This document shows, piece after piece, positions 48,765 through 58,280 of a stretch of 62,000 nt of DNA. The position numbers and the translations under genes were made by a program. The notes below the pieces were generated by a model. That model did not search any database and was not told the origin of the DNA. It saw only the letters and a program-made list of their open reading frames with translations. The number at the start of each line of letters is the position of its first letter. The first letter of the stretch is position 1. The stretch spans positions 8,740,566 through 8,802,565 of the forward strand of contig NC_057754.1 of NCBI RefSeq assembly GCF_004010195.1, given 5' to 3'. The DNA is from Chiloscyllium plagiosum. Lineage: Eukaryota.

Positions 48765-48930
48765 TATATTGCGTGCAATTCTGGTCTCCTTCCTATCGGA
48801 AAGATGTTGTGAAACTTGAAAGGGTTCAGAAAAGATTTACAAGGAAGTTGCCAGGGTTGGAGGAATGAGCTATAGGGAGAGGCTGAATAGGCTGGGGCTG
48901 TTTTCCCTGGAGCATCGGAGGCTGAGGGGT
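48765..48930 (+). mobile_element. CR1 internal fragment, inverted relative to 47927-48132
   Basis: YCVQFWSPSYRKDVVKLERVQKRF. Confidence 0.9.
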
Positions 48931-49230
48931 AGTTAGAAGGAATTTTTTTGGTTTGTTAATAGTTTAGTTAATTTGTTAGTTGGATATATTGTTAATTGTT
49001 GTGAGTGTCAGAAATTTATCTTATTCAACCACTAGTGGCTGCTGAACAGCAGGTTACACCACTTTTCGCGGATTACAGGGTGAGGTGCTCCTCTTTGGAT
49101 GTTTGGTTTTAGTTCTCAGGGAGGTGTCATCTTTTGTTTTATAACACTAAGTTTCTCCAGCAATTTCAGTTTTTGTTTCATTTTTTTCTTCATCCTGACT
49201 TATGTTGCACATATTGGATGAAGGCCAGGG

Positions 49231-49329
49231 TTCAGCCTGGGTTCAAATGTGTTGCTGGAAAAGCGCAGCAGGTCAGGCTGCATCCAAGGGGCAGGAGAAT
49301 CGATATTTCGGGCATAAGCCCTTCTTCAG
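49231..49329 (-). mobile_element. Penelope family A ~100-bp hammerhead mini-insertion, 11-bp TSD
   Basis: GAAGGCCAGGG at 49220-49230 and 49330-49340. Confidence 0.87.
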
Positions 49330-49332
49330 GAA
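49298..49332 (-). ncRNA. Minimal hammerhead ribozyme (family A), ATAT variant
   Basis: Minus: ttc CTGAAGA A GGGC ttat GCCC GAAATATC gatt. Confidence 0.72.
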
Positions 49333-49652
49333 GGCCAGGGCCAAGGAAATCAAATAATAAAATTAGGTGATACATCAGACTGAAATCAGTCAGGGAAGAG
49401 ACTAACATGATAACTGACTGGTACATTTTTCTGGGAATGATTATACTCCACTGTTGGGAAATACAAGTGGGTAATTTTTTTAAAAAAGCTCATTTCTGGA
49501 ATGTGGGCATTATTGCCCATCCCTAGTTGCCCTTGAGAAGGTGATAGAGAGCTGCCACTTGAACTGCTACAGTCCACCTGCTGTGGGTTGACCCACAATG
49601 CCATTAGGGAGAGAATTCCAGGATTTTGACCAAGTGACAGTGGCTTGGAGGG

Positions 49653-49985
49653 TGTTGTGAAGTTGGGTAGAGTATTTGTGCATTGGAAGGCAGGATATTA
49701 GAATTTGATGTTTGTAAAATGATATGGAGAAAACATTATGTGGTCCCTTTAAAAGATGTTTTTTCTCAGTGCTTAGAGTTAAAATGGATATCTGAACAGC
49801 ATTTTAAAGTGCAAATGCACACAGAGTGCCCGAACTGAAACATTTTGTATCAAATGGACAAGCAGCATTTTTAGCAAGACAACATGTTTTTAAAAATTTA
49901 GCCAAGTTATTTAAACCAGGCATTTGTTGACTAAGAACCAATTAAATTTAAATCTGATCATTTTGACAACCTAGAACCAATTCAC
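49653..49985 (+). mobile_element. Partial LTR, same family as 46979-49146
   Basis: Shared blocks CTTTAAAAGATG, GTTAAAATGGAT, AACTGAAACATTT, AATTAAATTTAAATCTGAT. Confidence 0.78.
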
Positions 49986-50560
49986 ATTTGCCTGTATTGC
50001 TCAGACCATTGAGTATAGGAGTTGGAGTATCATGTTGAGGTTGTACAGGATGTTGGAAGTATATTATTAAAATGACGAGGGTTCAGAAAAGATTTACCAG
50101 GACATTGCTAGGACTGGAGAGTTCGGGTTATGCAGAGAGGCTGGATAGGCTGAGACATTTTTCACTGGAACTTAGGAGGTTGAGGGGTGACCTTAAAGAG
50201 GTTTATAAAATCATAAAGGCCATAGATAAGGTGAATAGCAAAGGTCTTTTCTCTGGGATGGATGAGTTCAAAGTTAGAAGGCATAATTTAAGATGATAGG
50301 AGAAAGATTTATAAGGGACCAAGGGGCAACTTTTTCACACAGAATGTGGTTCATATATGAAATGAACTGCCAGAGCAAGTGGTAGATGCAGGTACAGTTA
50401 CACATTGAAAATACATTTGAATAAGTACACGAATAGGAAAGGTTTAGAGGGATCTGGCCAAATGCAGGCATGTGGGACTAGTTTAGTTTAGGAAACATAG
50501 CCAGCATGGACTAGTTGGACCAAAGGATCTATTTCCATGCCTTATGACTGTATAAGTCTA
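49986..50560 (+). mobile_element. CR1 3' fragment
   Basis: RVQKRFTR...FSLELRRLRGDL. Confidence 0.9.
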
Positions 50561-51084
50561 TGAGTGTATGTTTAGAAATCCACATTGGTTATTCAAAGCT
50601 GAGAAAGTTGAAGACATCCGTTGTGTGAATGTCCAAGGACGAGGCTTTGCAGCCCATAGGAACAGAGAAGTACTGACGTCTACAGATCTGTACTGAACTA
50701 CAGATTTGATAGGGATGGAAACTATCTCTGGTTTTTGGGAAGCTGGAAAGTGATGGCCATAGAGTCATACAGTACGGTTTAGGCCCATCAGCCCACTAAG
50801 TCTACACTGAACTATCCACACTAGTTCCACTTTCCAGTCCTTGGTCCATAGCAGTGAATGTTAGGACATTTCAAGTATCATCCACGTACTTTTTAAAGGT
50901 TGTGGGGTTTCCAGTTCCTCCCACTCTCCCAAGCAGTGCATGCCAGATTCACACCACCCTCTGTAAAACAAAATTCCGCAAACCCCTCTAAACTTTCTGC
51001 CTTTTACCTTAAAATTATGCCCCTAATTATTAGTTCAAAGGAGAGTGCAAGAGGGCCTCCCAGTAGCAGCACCAGGCGAACCTA

Positions 51085-52990
51085 GGAATGAGGTGTTAAC
51101 CTTATGAAGCTACCAAACTTTAGCAGCAAGCTATATCCATAGAGCGAAACGATCCCACAGCCAACTGATCAGCTCCAAGCTCTGCAGTCCTGCCACATCC
51201 AGACATGAATAGTGGTGGACAATTAAAAAACTCGTTGGAGGAGGAGGCTCCCCAAATATCCCCATTCTCAATAATGGAAAAGCCCAACACATTAATGCAA
51301 AAGATGAAGCACAAACCAGTCTTCACTCCAAGTTGATTCACTCCATGTGATATCAAGAAATAGTTGGAGGCACTGTGAAGGCTATGAGCCCTGACAACAT
51401 TCTGGCAATAGGACTGAAGACTTATGCCCCAGAACATGACACACCATTGGTCAAGTTCTTCTAGTGCAATTACAACATTGGCATCTACCCAACAATGCGG
51501 AAAATTGACCAGGTATGTCCCATAGACAAAAAAGACAGGACAAATCCAACCCAATCAACTACCACCCCTTCAGTCTCTGCTTGATAATCAATTAAGTGAG
51601 GGAAGGTGTCATCAACAGTGCTAACAAAGTGCTGCTAAAAAAGCAGCACTTTCTCAGCAGTAAACTGTTCACTAATACCCAGTTTGCTTCCACCAGGACC
51701 ACTCAGCTCCTGACCTCATTGCAGCCTTGGTTTGAGTATGGACAAAAGAGCTGAATTCCAGAGGTGAGGTGAGAGTGACAGCCTTTGGCATCAGGGACAC
51801 TTTCACCCAAGTGTGGCATCACGGAGCCTGAGCAAAACTGGAATCAATTGATATCAGGGGCAAACTCTCCACTGGTTGGAGTCATACCCAGCATGTAAGA
51901 TGGTCATGGTTGTTGGAGATCAGTCATCTCAGCTCCAAGGCATCTCTGCAGGAGTTCCTCAGGATAGTGTCCGAGCCCATCTTCATGTGGTTTCATCACT
52001 GGCCTTCCCTCCATCATAAGGTCAGAAGTGAGGTTGTTCGCTGATGATTGCACAATATTCAGCACCATTCACGACTCCTCAGATACTGAAGCAGTCATGT
52101 TCAAGTGCAAAAGATCTGGGCAATATCTGGGCTTCTACTGACAAGTGGCAAGTAACATTAAAAAAAAAGAGAACAAAGAACATTATAGCACAGGAACAGG
52201 CCTTTCAGCCCTCCAAGCCTACGCTGACATATTTTGACCTTTCATATTTGTGTCAGACAAATGCCAGGCAATGACCATCTCCAGTAAGAGTCAAACTGAC
52301 CACTGCCCTTTGACATTCAATGGTGTTATCATCACTGAATTCCCCACTATCAACATCCTTGGGGTTGCCATTGATCAGAAAGTTAACTGGACTCGCCACA
52401 ATAACACTGTGGCTGTAAGAGTAGATCAGAGACTAGGAATACTGCAGCAACTAATTCACCTTGTGTCTCCCCAAACCCCATCCATCGCCTACAAGGCACA
52501 AGTCAAGATTGTGATGGAATACACACCACTTGCTTGGATGGGTGCAGCTCCAACACTCAAGGAGCTTGACACCATCCTGGACAAAGCAGCCCGCTCGCTT
52601 GACACCACATCCACAAACATCCATTCCCTCCACCACAGACACTCAGTAGCAGCAGTGTGTAGTATCTACAAGATGCACTGCAGAAATTCACCAAAGATCC
52701 TCCAAACCCATGATCATTTCCACCTAGAAGGACAAGGGCAGCAGATATATGGGAACACCACCACCTTCCTCTCCAACCAACTGACCATCCTGACTAGAAA
52801 TAAATCACTGTTCCCTCACTGTCACTGGGCCAAAATCCTGGAATTCCTTCCCTAATGGCATTATGGGTCAACTCACAGCATATGGACTGCAATGGCTCAA
52901 GAAGGCAACTCACCACCATCTTCTAGGGATGGGCAATAAATGCTAGCCGGCCAGTCACGCCCACATCCCACCAGTGAACTTTTAAAAAAT
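51085..52990 (+). mobile_element. LINE family B (CR1/L2 group) RT to 3' tail
   Basis: GVPQDSV, LFADDC, MEYTPLAWMGAAP.LKELDTI.DKAAR, SLHHRHSVAAVCSIYKMHC; tail CTAGGGATGGGCAATAAATGC. Confidence 0.88.
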
Positions 52991-53144
52991 CTTCAATGGA
53001 GGTAACAGCTGCATCCTGTCCTTGCCCTCATACAGGTCAACTCTTAGCCTTCTCTGCTCTAAAGAATAAAACCCATGCTTACGCAGCCTCTCTTCATCAC
53101 CAAACTCCTGGTGAATCTCCTCTGCACTCCCTCCAGTACAACCA

Positions 53145-54095
53145 CATGGGATCCAAGGTTAGATCGCTTGGGATCCAGGGAGAGATAGCCAATTGGATAG
53201 AAAATTGGCTTGAGGGTAGAAGACAAAGGGTATTGGTCGAGGATTGTTATACAGGAACCCTGCAACCAGCAGCGTGTTGAAAGGATCAGTTCTGGTTCCA
53301 CTGTTGTTCATCGTTTACATCAATGATTTAGATGAGAATATGGGAGGTATGGTTAACAAGTTTCAGGATGACACCAAAATGGGTATTATAGTGGACTGTG
53401 AAGAAGGTTATCTGAGAGTACAATGTGATCTTGATCAGGTGGGCCCATGGGCTGAGAAGTGGCAGATAGAGTTTACTTTAGATAAATGTGAGGTATTGCA
53501 GTTTGATAAAGCAAATCATGGCAGTACTTACACAGTTGATTGAAGGGCTCTGGGAAGTGTTGTGGAACACAGGGACCTAGAGGTGCAGGCACACAGTTCC
53601 TTGAAAGTGACATCGCATGTAGACTGGGTGGTGAAGACAACATTTGCCATGCTTGCCTTCATTGATCAGAGCATTGAGTATGGGAGTTGAGATGTCATGT
53701 TGCAGATGTACAAGACATTGGTGAGGCCATTTTTAGAATATTGCATACAATTCTGGTTTCCCTACTGTCGGAAGGATGTTGCTAAACTAGAACAGGTATG
53801 GAAGAAAATTTACAAGGATGTTGTTGGGACTGGATGGTTTGAGTTGGAAGAAGAGACTGGAAAGGCTGGGACATTTTTCCTTGGGCTATCAGGGGTGAGC
53901 TTGTAAAGATTTGTAAAATCATGAGGGGCATAAATATGGTGAATAGCCAAGGTCTTTTTCCAAGGCTCGGAGAGTCCAAAATGAAAGGTCGTTGGTTTAA
54001 GATGACAGGGGAAAGATTTAAAAGGGAGTCAAAGAGCAATTTTTTCATACAGAGGGTGGTGTGTGTGTGGAATGAGCTGCCAGGGGAAGTGGTAG
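53145..54095 (+). mobile_element. CR1 RT C-terminal fragment
   Basis: GSVLVPLLFIVYINDLD..NKFQDDTK; FFIQRVVCVWNELP. Confidence 0.9.
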
Positions 54096-55270
54096 AGTCA
54101 TAGAGTTGTACAGCATGGAAACTCGTCCATGCTGACCAGATATCCTAAATTAATCTAGTCCCATTTGCCAGCACTTGGCCCATATCCCTCTAAACCCTAT
54201 CCATGTGTACCCATCCAGATGCGTTTTAAATGTTGTAATTGTACCAGCCTCTATCACTTCCACTGGCACTTGGTTCCATACACCTATCACCTTCTGTGTT
54301 AAAAAGTTACCCCTCAGGTCCTTTTTAAAGCTTTCCTCTTGCACCTAACACCGATGCCATCTGGTTTTGCACTCCCTTTCCTGGGAAAAAGACATTGGCT
54401 GTTCACCCTATACATGCCCCTCATAATTATATAAACCTCTATAAGATCACCTTTCAACCTTCAATGCTCAAGGGAACATAGCCCCAGCCTATTCAGCCTC
54501 CCCCACAGCTCAAACCCTCCAACCTTGGCAACATCCTTGTAACTCTTTTCTTCACCCTTTCACATTTAGCAATATCTTTCCTCTAGCAGGGAGACCAGAA
54601 TTGAACGTGGTATTCCAAAAGTAGCCTAACCAATGTACTGTACAGCTGCAACATGACAACGCAACTCTGACACTCAATGCACTAACCAATAAAGACAAGC
54701 GTACCGAATGCCTTCTTCGCTACCCTGTCTACTTTTGAACTTCTACCCCAAGGTCACTTTGTTCAGAAACACTTCCCAGGAGCCTACTATTAAATGTATA
54801 AGTCCTGCCCTGAGTTGACTTACCAGATTGCAACACCTCACATTTATCTAAATTAAACTCCATCTGCTACTCCTCACCCCATCGGCCTATCTGATCAAGG
54901 TCCCATTGTACTTTGAGATAACCTTCTTTCCCCAGCCTAGTTGTCATCTGCAAACTTAGTAACTATTCCTCCTACATTCACAACCAAACCGTGGAGATAA
55001 ATGACAAAAAGCAGTGGTTTCAGCACTGATCCCTACAGCAACACCTCTGGTTACTGACCTCCAGTCTGAAAAACAAACCTCCACCATCACCCTCTCTCTC
55101 CTGCCTTCAAGCTAATTTTGTATCCAATGGCTTGCTCTCCCTAGACTCGATGTCATCTAACCTTGCTAACCAGTCTACCATGCGGAACCTTGTCAAACTC
55201 CTTGCTGAAGTCATACAGACAATGTCCACCGCTCTGCCTTCCTCACTCCTCTCATTCACTTCTTCAAAAA
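54095..55270 (-). mobile_element. CR1 RT to tail, abutting the previous copy in inverted orientation
   Basis: AGAGTCATAGAG tail at 54095; collinear minus-strand CR1. Confidence 0.9.
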
Positions 55271-55282
55271 ATTTTGATGGCA

Positions 55283-55595
55283 AGATAGATTCACCACAGT
55301 GTGGAAACAGGTGCTTCAGCCCAACAAATCCACACCAACCCCCCCAAAGAGTAACCCATCCAGACCAATCCCCTACTTACCCACAACCAATACATCCCTG
55401 AACCTATACATTTAGCATGGCCAATTCACCTACCCTGTACACCTTTGGATTGTGGGAGAAAGCCAAAGCACCTGAAGGAACCCCACGCAGACAACGTGCA
55501 AACTCCACACAGAGAGTCGCCTGAGGCTGGAATCGAACCTGGATCCCTGGTACTGTGAGGTAGTAGTGCTGACCACTGAGCCACCGTGCCACCCC
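55283..55595 (-). mobile_element. HE1/V-SINE
   Basis: Reverse complement of full HE1. Confidence 0.9.
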
Positions 55596-55596
55596 A

Positions 55597-56503
55597 GCAG
55601 AGTTATACGCTGAAGCCGGAGTTCTTCTGCTTTGCTAGTTCCTTTTCTTGGGCTTTCTTTTCTCCACCTCTTTGCTGCAGGTTCTCTTATCCTGATCCCC
55701 CAGCCCCCACAACTTTTAATTTCTTAAACTTTCCAGGAGAGAATGGAGAATGGAGGAGGTGAGCCCAAGACCAGGCTGACGCAGGAGATGAATCAAAGGT
55801 CATGCCGGCCCGGGGGGGCAAGTCGCAGGCCGGAGCCCAGGCCGGGAGGCAATCAAAGCCCCAGCTGGACAGGAAGATGAGTCCTGGAGCTGAGTCACAG
55901 GCCGCAGCCCAGGCTGGGACGCGGTCAAAGCCCCGGCCGACCTGGAAGACGAGTTCTGGAGGTGAGTCATGGGCCAGAGCCCAGGCCGGGAGGCAGTCAA
56001 AGCCCCAGCCGGACAGGAGGACGAGTCCTGGAAGCGGGTCACGGGCTGGAGCCAGGCCGGGAGGCAGTGCCAAGCCAAAGCTGCATGGGAGATGAGTTTT
56101 GGAGCCAAGTCCTGGTGGAGAAGCTGTAAGCTGGAACCCAGCGCGGGAGGCAGGCCAGGCTGGACTGGGAGACGATGCCTGGTGGTGGGTCCCAAGCTGG
56201 AGGCCAGCGTGAGGAGGCAGCGAGTCATCAAGTTCTGAAGCCCAACAGGCGAGGACTCAGTGGAAAGGACTGCAATTTGAGTACTTTTTAAAGATAATTT
56301 TATTCTTATTCTGGACTCGGAGTAATTCATAGTACTTTTTGAACTTTGTATTCCTATGTTCGACTGTTTTTTTCACTCTTTCAATTCTGCAACAAAGTAC
56401 CTGTACCTAGGTACCCCGTACCTAAGATGGCACCAAAGCAGCAACATTACAAATTTTTTACCGCACTCATTCAAATGCAAGTGACAATAAAGGCTATTCT
56501 ATT
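55597..56503 (+). mobile_element. Non-autonomous retroposon-like element with GC-rich core and LINE-type tail
   Basis: Ends GTGACAATAAAGGCTATTCTATT (resembles Rex/Babar/L2-type 3' ends); no RT coding remnant. Confidence 0.55.
55820..56075. repeat. 72-bp minisatellite, about 3.5 copies
   Basis: (C)CCAGGC(C/T)GGGA recurs at 55836, 55908, 55980 and 56052. Confidence 0.93.
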
Positions 56504-56511
56504 TTAAACTC

Positions 56512-56640
56512 ATGATGTGGAGGTGCCAGTGTTGCACTGGGGTGGACAAAGTTAAAACTCTCACAACACCATGTTATAGTCCAACAGATTTATTTGGAAG
56601 CACTAGCTTTCAGAGCGCTGCTCCTTCATCAGGTAACTAA
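56512..56640 (-). mobile_element. Penelope family C terminal fragment with hammerhead (56601-56634)
   Basis: Matches 28770-28885; minus CTGATGA A GGAGC agc GCTCT GAAAGCTA gtg. Confidence 0.87.
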
Positions 56641-57373
56641 CCTCCAGTCTGAAAAACAGCCCTCCACCATCACCCTGTCTTCTACCTTCGAGCCAGTTCT
56701 GTATCCAAATGGCTAGTTCTCCCTATATTCCATGAGATCTAACCTTGCTAACCAGTCGACCATGAGGAACCTTTGTCAAATGCCTGACTGAAGTTCATAC
56801 AGATCAAGTCCTCAGCTCTGCCTTCATCAAAGCTCTTGGTTACTTCTTCAAAAAAGTCAATCAGGTTAGTGAGACATGATTTCTCACACACAGAGCCACG
56901 TTGACTATCCCTAGTCAGTCCTTGTCTTCGCAAATAAATGTACATCCTGTCGCTCAGGATTCTCTCCAACTTGCCCAACACTGATGTCAGGCTCACCGGT
57001 GTGTAGTTCCCTGGCTTTTCCTAACCACCTTGCTTAAATAGTGGTACCATGTTAGCCAACCTCCAGTCTTCCGGCACCTCACCTGTGACTATCGATGATA
57101 CAAATGTCTCAGCAAGGGGCCCAGCAATCACTTCACTTGCTTCCCACAGAGTTCTAGGGTACACCTGATCAGGTCCTGGGGATTTATCCAACTTTATGCA
57201 TTTTTAAGACATCCAGCACCTCCTCCTCTGTAATATGAACATTTTTCAAGATGTCACCATCTATTTCCCCATATTCTATTTCTTCCATGTAGTAGATACT
57301 GTTACAAAATACTCATTTTAGTATCTCCCCCATCTCCTGCGGCTCCACACAAAGGCTGCCTTGCTGATCTTTA

Positions 57374-57550
57374 AGGCGGAAGTGAGGACTGCGGATGCTG
57401 AAAACCAGAATCTAGATTAGAGTGGTGCTGGAAAAGCACAGCATGTCAGGCAGCATCCGAGGAACAGGAAAATCGGCGTTTCGGGCAAAAGCCCTTCATC
57501 AGGAATGATGACCTGCCTGACCTGCTGTGCTTTTCCAACACCATTCTAAT
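57374..57550 (-). mobile_element. Penelope family A mini-element with inverted arm; hammerhead 57471-57506 (GUC changed to GCC)
   Basis: Minus attc CTGATGA A GGGC tttt GCCC GAAACGCC gatt; inverted arm 57516-57550. Confidence 0.88.
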
Positions 57551-57998
57551 TGTTGAGGTGCGCTATTCTCTCTCGAGTTACCCCTTTGTCCTCAATATAT
57601 TTATAAAAACCCTTGGATTCTCCTTAACTCTATTTGCTAAAGCTATCTCATGTCCCTCCTGATTTCTCTCAAGTATAGTCATACTGCCTTTATATTCTTC
57701 TAAGATTCACTCAATATCTGCTGTCTACACCTGAAATATGCTTCTTTCTTTTTCTTCACTAATACCTCAGTTTCTCTTGTCATCCAGCATTCCCATCACC
57801 TACCAGCCTTGCCTTTCGCCCTAACAGGGACATACTGTCTCTGGACTCACGTTATCTCATTTCTGAAGGCATCCCATTTTCCAGTCGTTCCTTTACCTAC
57901 AAACATCCACACCCAATCAACTTTTGAAGGTTCCAGACTAATACTGTCAAACATACCTTCCTCCAATTTAGCACATTAACTTTTAGACGCTATCTAAA

Positions 57999-58280
57999 AG
58001 GTGGCACGGTGGCTCAGTGGTTAGCATTGCTGCCTCACAGCACCAGGGTCCCAGATTCAATCCCAGCCTTGGGTGACTGTCTGTGTGGAGTTTGCACATT
58101 CTCCCTGTGTTTGTGTGGGTTTCCTCCCATAGTCCAAAAATGTGCAGGTTAGGTGAATTGACTTTGTTAAATTGCCCATAGCGTTAGGTGCATTAGTCAG
58201 AGGGAAGTGGGTTACTCTCTGGAGGGTTGGTGTGGACTTGTTGGGCCAAAGGGCCTGTTTCCACACTGTAGGTAATCTAT
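57999..58280 (+). mobile_element. HE1/V-SINE
   Basis: Head, V-domain and tail. Confidence 0.9.

Larger units (their letters stand above)
46979..49146 (+). mobile_element. Solo LTR with nested insertions
   Basis: Ends T(G>A)TTGTAAA...TTTATAACA; 5-bp TSD CTGAG/CTAAG; TATAAAA near 47590; paralogous 5' part at 49653-49985 begins TGTTGTGAAGTTGGG. Confidence 0.75.
46750..49190 (-). mobile_element. Family D Penelope-type inverted mini-element split by later insertions (pieces 46750-46835, 46934-46978, 49147-49190)
   Basis: GAAACAAAACCAGAAATTGCTGGAGAAAC is inverted against GTTTCTCCAGCAATTTCAGTTTTTGTTTC; minus CTGAAGAAGAGTCACTGGACTGGAAAC hammerhead remnant. Confidence 0.72.

Noticed and set aside
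55687..56330. Repetitive ORFs on both strands as a host protein or CRISPR-like array
   Set aside because: Open frames follow from a GC-rich 72-bp tandem repeat; no unique spacers, no splice or domain support
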